Of a DNA stretch of 64,000 nucleotides, positions 8,414 to 17,773 are shown in pieces. The translations under genes and the position numbers were made by a program. The notes below the pieces were generated by a model. The model saw only the letters and a list, made by a program, of their open reading frames with translations. It ran no database searches and was not told the DNA's origin. Each line of letters opens with the position of its first letter. The stretch's first letter is position 1. The DNA comes from a virus (taxonomy: Duplodnaviria; Heunggongvirae; Uroviricota; Caudoviricetes): positions 279,799 to 343,798 of IMG/VR virus record IMGVR_UViG_3300031994_000001. One strand, 5' to 3'.

Positions 8414-9895
8414 ATGTTAATGGATTATATGCAAGTGGGAGACACAATCAGCGTTTCGTATTTTGACAAAAACGGAAAAACGCAAATTAAGGATATTCCT
8501 TTAAGCGAGGAACAGATGTTCAATTGGGAATACTGCAAGCCATACAACTTAAAGAATGCCGACAAGAAATACACAAGTTGGGACGGCAAGCCCGTTGTGA
8601 AAGTCAAGCCGAAGGACGGCAAACTTTCACCGTTCAGATTGGCTGAAATCATTGACGACCTGCCTAAAGAAACGTATGACGAGATTTTTGAATACAACCT
8701 GCCGCAGACATACTTCGTTGATATTGAGACGAAAATTGACCCGACTTTGACTGTCAAGGAATCTGCGGAAGTCGCTCGCCAACCGATAACCCTTATCGGT
8801 ATCGCCACGCCAAACAGAGGAATCATCGTATTGAGTTCGGGCAAAGACCTAACACCATACGAGCAGAAGCAAATACAAGCGGACATAACAAGGCACACCA
8901 AACCGTTTGGCGTGAACTTCAAATTCCAATTCAAATGCTTCCCCGATGAGACCTCTATGCTGAAGCAGTTTATGCACCATATGGTAAAGAAATTCCCCGT
9001 TATGAGCGGGTGGAACTTCGTTGACTTCGACTGGAAATACATAACCAACCGCTGCAAGAAATTCGGCATTTCAATCGCAAAGGCTTCACGCATCGAAAAG
9101 GTTATAGGCAAAGACAAAAATATGCCTGCACACGCCTGCATATTGGATTATATGCAATGCTATTCCAAATGGGACACTTCCGTATCACAGAAAGAGAATT
9201 TGAAATTAGACCAAGCGGGTGAAGACGTACTCGGTATCAAGAAAGTTCACCACGATGGCACGCTTGACGATTTGTATAACAACAATTTCAAGGACTATGT
9301 GTACTACAACGCCATTGACTGCGCATTGGTTGAAATGCTGCACGAAAAACTTGGCGTATCGTCAATCGGAAACACTCTGACATACATCGCCCAATGCCCG
9401 ACTACAAGAATGTTCTCACCCGTGTCATTGACCGAGAGTATCCTTGCACGCAACTACTACAAGATAAACAGAGTGCTGCCCGTTGTCAAAAAGGACAACA
9501 AACAAGAGGGATATGACGGCGCATACGTCAAAGCACCTATTGTCGGATTGCACAGATTCTGCATATGCAACGACTTTGCGTCTCTGTACCCGAACATTAT
9601 TAGGGAATTGAATTTAAGCCCAGAGACATTTTTGATGAAACTCGAAGAGACCGACCTCGAAGCAAAACGGCAGAAACTCGCAGAGGGATTCATTGTTTCC
9701 GAAAGCGGTTGCGTGTTCTCGAAGGATGCGGGTGTATTCAGCACTCTTGTCGGAGAGGTTTATAACAAGAGAAAGTCATACAAAAAAACCGCAGTCAACG
9801 CGGCAATCAAGTCAAGGTTGCTTGAAGATTTGCTAAAACGCACAGATTTGAGTGACGAGGAGGCGTTGCGGGAATATGAAAAAATTGTCGCGTAA
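8414..9895 (+). CDS. gp43: Family B DNA polymerase, N-terminal subunit (3'-5' exonuclease plus region II)
   Basis: DIET (ExoI), GWNFVDFD (ExoII), YNAID (ExoIII), YDGAYV and DFASLYPNII motifs. Confidence 0.9.
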   Translation: MLMDYMQVGDTISVSYFDKNGKTQIKDIPLSEEQMFNWEYCKPYNLKNADKKYTSWDGKPVVKVKPKDGKLSPFRLAEIIDDLPKETYDEIFEYNLPQTYFVDIETKIDPTLTVKESAEVARQPITLIGIATPNRGIIVLSSGKDLTPYEQKQIQADITRHTKPFGVNFKFQFKCFPDETSMLKQFMHHMVKKFPVMSGWNFVDFDWKYITNRCKKFGISIAKASRIEKVIGKDKNMPAHACILDYMQCYSKWDTSVSQKENLKLDQAGEDVLGIKKVHHDGTLDDLYNNNFKDYVYYNAIDCALVEMLHEKLGVSSIGNTLTYIAQCPTTRMFSPVSLTESILARNYYKINRVLPVVKKDNKQEGYDGAYVKAPIVGLHRFCICNDFASLYPNIIRELNLSPETFLMKLEETDLEAKRQKLAEGFIVSESGCVFSKDAGVFSTLVGEVYNKRKSYKKTAVNAAIKSRLLEDLLKRTDLSDEEALREYEKIVA

Positions 9896-9919
9896 CCGAT
9901 TGATTTAGCAATACAAACA

Positions 9920-9948
9920 GAAAAGGGGTTGAATTTCAACCCCTTTTC
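9920..9948. terminator. Bidirectional intrinsic terminator
   Basis: gaaaaggggttgaa-t-ttcaaccccttttc between convergent genes. Confidence 0.8.
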
Positions 9949-10563
9949 TTATGAAAACCATTGTTTCAGATATGATATGATACAGCAAATGTCTTTCTGT
10001 TTCTTCGGCGGCGTTCCGTTGCTGTCAACCTTTGTTTCAGCGGTCTGCTGTGTAGGTTTCGTTTCCGCCTGCGTTTGTTGAACAGTCGCCTGCTGCCTGT
10101 CGTCTATGTCAATCGAATCAATCCACTCTTTTACATTGAAGCAAGGGCAAGCCTTGTTGTCAAATTCATAGTGACCGTGGAATGTAGCCTGCGGATATTT
10201 CTTGTGCAGGTACTTGCATAGTTCAGCCATTGCAGCCAACTGTTTCGGGTTTCTCGTGTCTTTCGCTTTCTTGTTCTTATCAAGCCCACCGACATAGCAT
10301 ACACCGATGGATTTTGAGTTATGCCCCGAAACGTGCGCACCAACGCAATCTTCGGGTCTGCATTCCCATATAACACCGTTTATGTCAATCACGTAATTGT
10401 AACCTATGCCCGCCCAACCTTTGCTTAAATGAAGCGAGTGTATGGCAGGTATTGTGTAGTCAACGCCCTCAACTGAAGCCGTGCAATGGAGTATGATTTC
10501 CGTTGTCACTTTCCTTTTTGAAAGCGTGTTCTTGAATTTGAGGTTAGCCTTGCGTATTTCCAT
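9949..10563 (-). CDS. N-acetylmuramoyl-L-alanine amidase (T7 lysozyme-like endolysin)
   Basis: IILHCTA, IGYNYVI, GAHVSGHN, GHYEF and KACPCF Zn-ligand motifs. Confidence 0.9.
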   Translation of the reverse strand: MEIRKANLKFKNTLSKRKVTTEIILHCTASVEGVDYTIPAIHSLHLSKGWAGIGYNYVIDINGVIWECRPEDCVGAHVSGHNSKSIGVCYVGGLDKNKKAKDTRNPKQLAAMAELCKYLHKKYPQATFHGHYEFDNKACPCFNVKEWIDSIDIDDRQQATVQQTQAETKPTQQTAETKVDSNGTPPKKQKDICCIISYLKQWFS

Positions 10564-10565
10564 AA

Positions 10566-11069
10566 CTAATCTTCACAAGATTCTCTGAAATGGTGCGGAT
10601 GTATAGGTCTTTGGACATCGGGAATGCCGTCACCGTCAACGTCAGCAAAATCGTAAGCAGCCCTTTCGGTCACAACCTCGTTGTGCATACTTTCAATCTG
10701 TTTCAGTTTTTCCTCCAAGTCTCTCGGCGGTTTTCTATGCGGACATTCGTTGACAACGCATTTAGTCCAAGTCAAGTCGTTTATGGCAAGTCTCTGCTGT
10801 CCCTCTATTTCGATAGCCACTTGTAATTTGTTCTGCAAAGTATTGATTTTCTCCCTTGCTGCCGTAAGTTCGCTTTTAGTCTCGTTATAGATACGAATCC
10901 ATTCGTCATTGGTTGATTTTTGATTCTCCAAGTCTTTCGTCAGAACATCTTTTTCCATAGCAGCCGCTTCAGCAGCACGAAGTCTCTTGTTTTGCTTGTA
11001 GAACAATATACCACCACCACCAAGTAATGCGGCTATAAGCCCCGTTAATGCTATAATTATTTCAGTCAT
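10566..11069 (-). CDS. Membrane-anchored coiled-coil protein next to the endolysin (holin-like)
   Basis: One N-terminal TM helix, coiled coil, and a CxxxxCxxRxPP motif of the kind seen beside amidases in Bacteroidota. Confidence 0.55.
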   Translation of the reverse strand: MTEIIIALTGLIAALLGGGGILFYKQNKRLRAAEAAAMEKDVLTKDLENQKSTNDEWIRIYNETKSELTAAREKINTLQNKLQVAIEIEGQQRLAINDLTWTKCVVNECPHRKPPRDLEEKLKQIESMHNEVVTERAAYDFADVDGDGIPDVQRPIHPHHFRESCED

Positions 11070-11117
11070 TTTCAGTAATATATTGTTTACTGCGCAACAG
11101 CGCAAAGGTATGAGGGA

Positions 11118-13061
11118 TTAGAAACCTCTCATACCTTTCTTTGTGCGACCCAAAACGCTTGAAATATGGTCTTCCTGCGCCTTGATGTCTTGATTCCAAG
11201 TCTTTGCGGAATCGGTGTCAACTCTTTCAACAACCAAGGTTGCTTCGCGGAGGTCGCGAGTAGCCCAGAAGTGATTGATTTCGTTTGTGGTCTTGAGGTT
11301 GTAGAATTTAGCCTCGTTAAGAATTTCCTCTTTTCTCTTGTCGGAAAGAGCAGCCCATTTTTCCTTGCAGATTTCTGGCATATTCTCAACAATGTCAAGT
11401 CCTTTCTTTGACTCATAGACATTCTTCCAAACCATATTGGCTTGTGCCTCGTTCTTGACATTGGCTAACTTCATAGCCTCGGCAATCATATCTTGTGTCT
11501 CGCTTGGCAGAGTGTTGAACTCGTTTTGACGGTTCTCTGAAAGGAGAGACAAGAAATTGTTTTCGGGAATCTGCTCCTCTTGTTTCTTAATGAGGGCATC
11601 AAGTTTCTCGGTGATTGCTGACTTGTAAGCATCGTTGGAGACATTCTTCTCAACAACGGAAGCAGCCTTGCCGCCGTTGTTCTGCTTGCTGCCTGCACCT
11701 GCACCTGCATTCTCGAACAGTTGTTCGGTCTTGTTGGTGTTGACTTCGAGTTGTTCAGCGAGATAGTCGTTGTGAGCGAAGTTTTGGTTCAGTTTTTCAG
11801 CCAAGTAGTCATTATGGTCGAAATTCTTTTGCAGTTGCTCTGCAAGGTAGTCATTGTGTTCGAAGTTCTGTTGGAGTTTTTCAGCCAAGTAATCGTTATG
11901 GTCGAAATTCTTTTGCAGTTGTTCAGCAAGGTAATCATTGTATTTTGAAATGACTGACATTTTCTCTGCCAAGTAATCATTATGAGCGAAGTTCTGCTCA
12001 AGTTTCTCGGCGAGATAATCGTTATGCTTGTAATTCTCTTCGAGTTTTTCTGCGAGATAATCGCTGTGGTCGGCAGTCTTTTGTAACTGCTCTGCGAGAT
12101 AATCGCTGTGCTTGATGGTCTTATCAACCTGCTCTGCGATGTACTCGCTGTAATTGATAGCGTTTTCAACGTGTTCAGCGAGATAGTCACTATGGTCGGC
12201 GGTCTTTTGCAACTGCTCTGCGAGGTAATCGCTATGGTCGGCAGTCTTTTGAATTTGACCAGCAAGATAATTCATATAGGCTTTCATATTGCCAATCTCT
12301 GACAAATCGAAACCTTGTGCCGCACCCTCATTGACACCGCCGAGACGGGTTTCAATGTTAGTGATGGTTTTTTTCATACCTTCAAGAATACCCGCGATAT
12401 ACTCGGTGTACTTTTGAAAATCGGCAACATTGACATTTTGCTTTTCATTTACATTTACTGTATCCATATTGTCTTTAGTATTTTTTTCTTTATTTGTTGA
12501 ATCGTATTCAAAAATGTAAACATTGTCATCATCTCCAAAGCCATAAGCCTCGTTCACGCGCCTCAATTCAGCGTTCTCGAAGCCTGGGTCTGCAACCAAG
12601 TCATAGGTAAACAGTTTTTCCAAGGTCACTTGACCCGTATTCGGGTTGATTTGACCTGCCGCACGGGAAGAGATGTGCAACGGAATACCATCACGAACAA
12701 GGGCTTGGGCTTGTTTGCCTGCGTCCGTGTTGAGAAGGCGTATCTTACCGATGATACGGTTGTTCTCCTTGTCGTATTCGAGTTTTTCTATAACGTGTGA
12801 AGCGTTCTTCAAAGAAACATCGAAATTTGTCGGATGGTCAAGTTCGCCGAGAAGTGTGTGGTTCTGCACTTTCGGCAACAGTTCATTCATCTTCGGGATG
12901 AAGTCAGAAGCCTCATAGATACGCCCGTTGCGGTTTCTTACCTTAAACTCCGTAAAGATACCTTCAAGGTAGATGCTGTCGCTTGCTGATGGGTTTTCAT
13001 TTTCGCAAATCCTCACCTCGCCCGCACGCTCTATGATAAGAAGTTTTTTATTTGATTCCAT
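11118..13061 (-). CDS. gp21: Prohead protease (T4 gp21-like) fused to a scaffold or core domain
   Basis: NRNGRIY, GELDHP, ISSRAAG and TYDLVADPGF motifs, followed by 14-aa repeats; late promoters upstream. Confidence 0.9.
   Translation of the reverse strand: MESNKKLLIIERAGEVRICENENPSASDSIYLEGIFTEFKVRNRNGRIYEASDFIPKMNELLPKVQNHTLLGELDHPTNFDVSLKNASHVIEKLEYDKENNRIIGKIRLLNTDAGKQAQALVRDGIPLHISSRAAGQINPNTGQVTLEKLFTYDLVADPGFENAELRRVNEAYGFGDDDNVYIFEYDSTNKEKNTKDNMDTVNVNEKQNVNVADFQKYTEYIAGILEGMKKTITNIETRLGGVNEGAAQGFDLSEIGNMKAYMNYLAGQIQKTADHSDYLAEQLQKTADHSDYLAEHVENAINYSEYIAEQVDKTIKHSDYLAEQLQKTADHSDYLAEKLEENYKHNDYLAEKLEQNFAHNDYLAEKMSVISKYNDYLAEQLQKNFDHNDYLAEKLQQNFEHNDYLAEQLQKNFDHNDYLAEKLNQNFAHNDYLAEQLEVNTNKTEQLFENAGAGAGSKQNNGGKAASVVEKNVSNDAYKSAITEKLDALIKKQEEQIPENNFLSLLSENRQNEFNTLPSETQDMIAEAMKLANVKNEAQANMVWKNVYESKKGLDIVENMPEICKEKWAALSDKRKEEILNEAKFYNLKTTNEINHFWATRDLREATLVVERVDTDSAKTWNQDIKAQEDHISSVLGRTKKGMRGF
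11746..12249 (-). repeat. About 12 tandem 42-bp coding repeats (HNDYLAEKLQQNF-type)
   Basis: Visible in both DNA and translation; in-frame with no spacers. Confidence 0.9.
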
Positions 13062-13211
13062 ATTTGTAAAATATTATCGGCAAGTTTTTATTATATATTT
13101 ATATGGTCGGTATTTCGCAAAAACGACACCGAACCGAGACGGATTCATTGACCCGCAATGCTCCGTGATTATATTATTTATAACAAGATAAATTAAAAAA
13201 ATAAACACTAT

Positions 13212-13748
13212 ATGGCAATAGAAATAACAAAGCAAGGAAGAACGGAAAACAAATGGAAAGTTGAAGTCGTCTGCGAAAGATGCGAATGCGAGTTCAAATG
13301 TGACAACACGGATTTCCAACACGGCAGAATAAAATGTCCAAACTGCGGAAACGAGATAGAGTATGCAAATACAATCACTGCAAAAAAAGCATCGCAAGAA
13401 CATTCGCTCACCGAAATGAGAATTGACACCATAACAGACCTTTCCTTTAACGAAATTGATTTTGAAAAAATACACAAGTATATGAAATGGTCAAAATGGA
13501 AATGGGCTACATCAAAATCAGACGATGGCGTTCCAACAATAGACGAACTGAAAAGCCAAGTCAGAGATTTGATTGCCGATGCAATCAAAAGAAAAACCAC
13601 AATATCAACTGGGGGGTTCACCGTAGAATACAGAGAATACGAGGAAAACGAAGAAGACCCGTCAACAATAGGTGTTATTGTTTCATTCAACTGCGGACGT
13701 GTTACAGTTGACATAAACAAAGACACATTGGAAGCTGTGTATTTTTAA
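13212..13748 (+). CDS. Zn-ribbon hypothetical protein
   Basis: CERC...CPNCG pattern. Confidence 0.7.
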   Translation: MAIEITKQGRTENKWKVEVVCERCECEFKCDNTDFQHGRIKCPNCGNEIEYANTITAKKASQEHSLTEMRIDTITDLSFNEIDFEKIHKYMKWSKWKWATSKSDDGVPTIDELKSQVRDLIADAIKRKTTISTGGFTVEYREYEENEEDPSTIGVIVSFNCGRVTVDINKDTLEAVYF

Positions 13749-13827
13749 TACGGATTCATTTTTCAGTCTTGCGCATTTGTAATTTGCGAATTTTTTATTA
13801 TATTCAATTATAACAAATAAAACAAAA

Positions 13828-14136
13828 ATGACAAGACGAGAATTGGAAAATATGCCGTGTGTCCAAAAGACAATGCAATTCGGCAAATACAAAGGAATGC
13901 GCGTTCTTGACGTGATTGACAAAGACGCATCATATATTGTATGGTGCATAAAAAATGTGAACGGGTTTGAACTTGACGAAAAATTAGACAAAGAAATTGT
14001 AGCACAATACAAACGTCACCAACAGAATCTGCACAATGACACGAATCAAACGCTGCACTTGATAAAAGTACACGGTATGCACGCATCCGAAGCAATTGAC
14101 TACATTGAAAACGATGAAATGCCAAAACCATTCTGA
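13828..14136 (+). CDS. Small protein with an FGKYKG motif (exonuclease X C-terminal / DUF3820-like)
   Basis: MQFGKYKG...D.SYIVW pattern. Confidence 0.65.
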   Translation: MTRRELENMPCVQKTMQFGKYKGMRVLDVIDKDASYIVWCIKNVNGFELDEKLDKEIVAQYKRHQQNLHNDTNQTLHLIKVHGMHASEAIDYIENDEMPKPF

Positions 14137-14138
14137 CT

Positions 14139-14525
14139 ATGGAAAATGTAAAACCTATAAACGCCAAGAGCAAAGACACGGCTAACAAATTGAGCAAAGC
14201 CTTGTGGAAAATCGGCATTGAGAACTTTGTCGGTATCAATATAAGAAAATACGATAGATGGAGATGGATGTGCCAATATGTAGTGCGTATAAAAATAAAC
14301 AGTTTCGGCGGGGCATACGCAGAGTTCAGACATAATTGGGAAACATACGACACGGCTTTCGACCTTGCCGTAATATACGAGGTTGGCAAAACAAAGATTG
14401 ACCCTAACAAACTGTTCTCAATAAAAGATGAACTGAACAGCATAATAAACAAGGCAAACAAAGTGTCGGACAATACACTGTTCGACCGCTCATTGTGTTT
14501 CAGATACAAGGAAACGCAGTTTTGA
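14139..14525 (+). CDS. Hypothetical protein
   Basis: 128 aa ORF in operon spacing. Confidence 0.6.
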   Translation: MENVKPINAKSKDTANKLSKALWKIGIENFVGINIRKYDRWRWMCQYVVRIKINSFGGAYAEFRHNWETYDTAFDLAVIYEVGKTKIDPNKLFSIKDELNSIINKANKVSDNTLFDRSLCFRYKETQF

Positions 14526-14544
14526 CTGTCGAAGCAGTTTTTTG

Positions 14545-14612
14545 TGTTGATAACTTTGTTGATAACTTTTTCCGAAAAAAATACTGCAAGTATAAAAATT
14601 TTGTATTTTTGC
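14545..14612 (+). promoter_or_regulatory. Bacteroidota-type early promoter (TAnnTTTG) with tandem TGTTGATAA boxes
   Basis: Boxes at 14545 and 14557; TATTTTTG at 14604-14611; same layout at 36809 and 38994. Confidence 0.75.
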
Positions 14613-14640
14613 AGCGTAATAAAGAATAAAACAATAGTGT

Positions 14641-15231
14641 ATGAAAAACATTCTAATCATAGTTGACGCGCAAAACGACTTCTGCCACGAAAAAGGCGCG
14701 TTGAGCAACAAGGAAGCCTGCGAAGCGGCAGACAACATTATCAAAATGCTGAACAAAACGGCGTTTGACAAAATCATCTGCACGATGGATACGCACGGCG
14801 ACAATTACAGCGAAACTTCCGAGGGCAAACATCTGCCGATTCCGCATTGCAAGAAAAACACTTGGGGATGGAAGATACGCGAGGACTTGTACCAAGAACT
14901 TTACAACCAACAGAACGTATCGTTCTTGGAGAAAGACAAATTCTCACCGTACCCAACGCAACTGTGGACGAAAGTCGGAATCGTTGACAAGCACGACAAG
15001 ATTTATGTGTGCGGTCTTTGTACCGACATCTGTGTCATAAGCACGGCATTCGCGGTGAAGAACAGTATGGAGCCAGAGGTTTATCTGATTGAGAACTGCT
15101 GCGCGGGAAGCACCCCCGAAAACCATTTCTTCGCCGTCAGCGTTATGAAGTCCTGCCACATCAACATCATCAAGGGCGAACTGCCGCCAATCGGAATCAC
15201 AGACGAAAACAACAAAACCCAAACAGTATAA
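14641..15231 (+). CDS. pncA: Nicotinamidase
   Basis: VDAQNDF, DTH, HC, K and GLCTDICV isochorismatase-family catalytic motifs; adjacent to pncB. Confidence 0.9.
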   Translation: MKNILIIVDAQNDFCHEKGALSNKEACEAADNIIKMLNKTAFDKIICTMDTHGDNYSETSEGKHLPIPHCKKNTWGWKIREDLYQELYNQQNVSFLEKDKFSPYPTQLWTKVGIVDKHDKIYVCGLCTDICVISTAFAVKNSMEPEVYLIENCCAGSTPENHFFAVSVMKSCHINIIKGELPPIGITDENNKTQTV

Positions 15232-15251
15232 CAATCAAAACCCAATCAGTT

Positions 15252-16442
15252 ATGTTACAGCACATTTTAGACACGGACTTATACAAGTTCAGCACGAGTT
15301 ACGCCTATTTCAAACTCTATCCGAATGCGGAAGGCACTTTCGAGTTCAAAGACCGCAACAAGGAACTGTGGAACGACCAAAAGGACTTGTTCCTCGAAGA
15401 GTTTGGAAAAGCGTTGAAAAACGCCGAGTTATGCACCTTGGGAAAGGCTGCAAAGAATTGGTGCATCAAGAACATCCCCTACATCCCACGCACCTATTGG
15501 GAATGGCTCACCACGTTCAAATTCGACAAGAACAAGGTCGAATACTACTTCGACACCGAGGGTGTGTTCCATTGCACGGTGACGGACAAACTCTACAAGG
15601 TCACGTTCTACGAGATTCTGATTCTCTCAACATTCTCCGAAATCAGAAACAAAATCTTCGAGTACCATTTCGGCTGCGTCCCGAAGCAGGAGGACATTAT
15701 CGCACGAATCAACGAGAAAATCAACTACGCCAACAAGAACGGCATTGTGTTCAGCGAGTTCGGCACACGCAGAAGATACAGCAGCGATGTGCAGGAAATC
15801 ATCATCAGCGAACTGTGCGAAAATTCCAAGACCTGCGCAGGCACTTCAAATGTGTTCTTCGCTATGAAATACGGTATGAAGCCTATCGGCACATTCCCGC
15901 ACGAATGGGTTATGTTCCACGGCGCAATCTTCGGCTACAAGCGTGCCAACTATTTGAGTTTGGAGGATTGGATTGACGTGTACCAAGGAGACCTCGGCAC
16001 GGCACTCATTGACACCTACACGACCGATTCGTTCCTCAATACGCTCACCAAGAAGCAGGCTCACCTGCTGTCGGGATTCAGACAAGACAGCGGCGATGAG
16101 TTTGAGGTCGGCGATAAAATCCTGCAACGGGTGAAGTCATTCGGCATTGACCCGAAGTCGAAACTCATTGTATTCAGCAATGCGCTTGATTTCCCGAAGG
16201 CTAAACTCGTCAACGACCACTTCAAAGACAAGTGCAAAGTCAGTTTCGGCATCGGAACTAACCTCACAAACGACACTGGTGTTCCGTGGAATCCCGCCAA
16301 TATCGTTATGAAACTCTTGAAATGCCGCCTTGACGAAAACAGCGAATGGGAGGATTGCATCAAAATCAGCGATGACAAGGGCAAATTTATCGGCAACCAA
16401 GAGGAAGTCGAAATCGCAAGAAAGCAACTCAAACTGAAATAG
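15252..16442 (+). CDS. pncB: Nicotinate phosphoribosyltransferase
   Basis: LDTDLYKF, EFGTRRR, GTSNV, GTFPHEW, DTY and RQDSGD motifs. Confidence 0.95.
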   Translation: MLQHILDTDLYKFSTSYAYFKLYPNAEGTFEFKDRNKELWNDQKDLFLEEFGKALKNAELCTLGKAAKNWCIKNIPYIPRTYWEWLTTFKFDKNKVEYYFDTEGVFHCTVTDKLYKVTFYEILILSTFSEIRNKIFEYHFGCVPKQEDIIARINEKINYANKNGIVFSEFGTRRRYSSDVQEIIISELCENSKTCAGTSNVFFAMKYGMKPIGTFPHEWVMFHGAIFGYKRANYLSLEDWIDVYQGDLGTALIDTYTTDSFLNTLTKKQAHLLSGFRQDSGDEFEVGDKILQRVKSFGIDPKSKLIVFSNALDFPKAKLVNDHFKDKCKVSFGIGTNLTNDTGVPWNPANIVMKLLKCRLDENSEWEDCIKISDDKGKFIGNQEEVEIARKQLKLK

Positions 16443-16443
16443 T

Positions 16444-16635
16444 ATGAAACTGCGCGATATAGACGACAGAATTTGGTGGAGACACATACGCCTTGACAGT
16501 ATCAACAAGCGCAGGAGACTAAAACTCCTGCGCACGGGCAAGGGTACTGACGAGCAACTGCAACTCGCCGCCGTCTGCATCAAGTTAGACAATTCACTTA
16601 TGAAATATGCAACAAAACAAATCAAATCAAAGTAA
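16444..16635 (+). CDS. Small basic hypothetical protein
   Basis: Fills the gap between pncB and the Nudix gene exactly. Confidence 0.55.
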   Translation: MKLRDIDDRIWWRHIRLDSINKRRRLKLLRTGKGTDEQLQLAAVCIKLDNSLMKYATKQIKSK

Positions 16636-16636
16636 T

Positions 16637-17152
16637 ATGAAAAACTGCGAATGTTACGACAAAAACGGTAACTTCCTCGGTTGGTTCAGCAGGTCTGTCG
16701 CCGTGGTAGCGATTACCGTTCTCAAAGAAAACGACAAAATCTATGTTCTCGCCTCGCAGAGAGGAACGGGTACACCCGACAAGGAACTTATCGGCAAATG
16801 GAATCTCACCTGCGGATACCTTGACTTCAACGAAACGGGTATGGAAGCCGTAGCCCGCGAAACCTTTGAGGAAACGGGTGTTGACATCAAGAACGAAATC
16901 ACGAAACTTCTGTTCGTCAACACAGACCCGAACAGAGACAAACGTCAAAACGTCACACTCCGCTACGGTGTACTGCTGAAAGGCAGAAAAGAGTTCTACG
17001 AGAAACAGTTCTCGCACGAACACAACGAGACCGATGAGGTCGGTGAAATCCGTTTCATTGACATCAACGACCTTGACAAATACGATTGGGCGTTCAACCA
17101 CAACGAAATCCTGCGTAGTATGTTGGACACCATTCTCAAATTTGACGAATAA
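16637..17152 (+). CDS. Nudix hydrolase (possibly ADP-ribose pyrophosphatase)
   Basis: Nudix box GYLDFNETGMEAVARETFEETGV. Confidence 0.9.
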   Translation: MKNCECYDKNGNFLGWFSRSVAVVAITVLKENDKIYVLASQRGTGTPDKELIGKWNLTCGYLDFNETGMEAVARETFEETGVDIKNEITKLLFVNTDPNRDKRQNVTLRYGVLLKGRKEFYEKQFSHEHNETDEVGEIRFIDINDLDKYDWAFNHNEILRSMLDTILKFDE

Positions 17153-17169
17153 CATCAAAAACAAAAGTT

Positions 17170-17772
17170 ATGGTTGACAATTTTGAAAGACTGAACAGTC
17201 TGCTCACATTTGAAAGTGAGGACGACTTCTATATGCTTCAAATTATGAAGCGCAGAAAGGAGAATCCCGAAATGGACAAAAACTCAATCGCCATCAAAAC
17301 GGTGTATCTCCACAGAAAAGACCAACTGCTTGACTTGAAGGAGGATTTGATTTTCCTCGCCAACAGAGACAACGCGAGAATCTATCTTAATCCGAACCGC
17401 AAGTCATTCAAGAACTGCACGCTCGCCTCCCTCAAAGAGTTTGCCGACAGAATCGCAAAAGAGGACTACTACAAGCCGTACAAGATTTTCGATTCCGTTG
17501 CAGGCTCGGCAGGCTCGAAGAAAGCCGTTTGGGTCATTGACCTTGATTGGGACGAAATCGGCGACTGCGACCGTCTGAAATTCGTTACCGAAATGTGCGA
17601 CTTCGTGAACTCGCTGCAACCGATTGACGTTGCCGAAAAGGTACTCCTCGTAAACGAGACCAAGAACGGCACTCACATTCTCACCACCTCGTTCAACAAG
17701 CAGGCATTCGGCGACAAATACCCCAAAATCCAAGTACACAAGAACAATCCTACATTAGTTTACTGCAAATAA
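17170..17772 (+). CDS. Conserved phage protein, possibly of the AEP primase-like fold
   Basis: WVIDLD and TKNGTH motifs resemble AEP motifs I and II. Confidence 0.5.
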   Translation: MVDNFERLNSLLTFESEDDFYMLQIMKRRKENPEMDKNSIAIKTVYLHRKDQLLDLKEDLIFLANRDNARIYLNPNRKSFKNCTLASLKEFADRIAKEDYYKPYKIFDSVAGSAGSKKAVWVIDLDWDEIGDCDRLKFVTEMCDFVNSLQPIDVAEKVLLVNETKNGTHILTTSFNKQAFGDKYPKIQVHKNNPTLVYCK

Positions 17773-17773
17773 T

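Noticed and set aside
7087-9895. Polymerase pseudogene, frameshift or intron
   Set aside because: All catalytic motifs are intact, and the halves are in reverse order, so cis-joining is impossible.
11746-12249. CRISPR array
   Set aside because: The 42-bp units are contiguous, in-frame and vary at synonymous positions; there are no spacers or cas genes.
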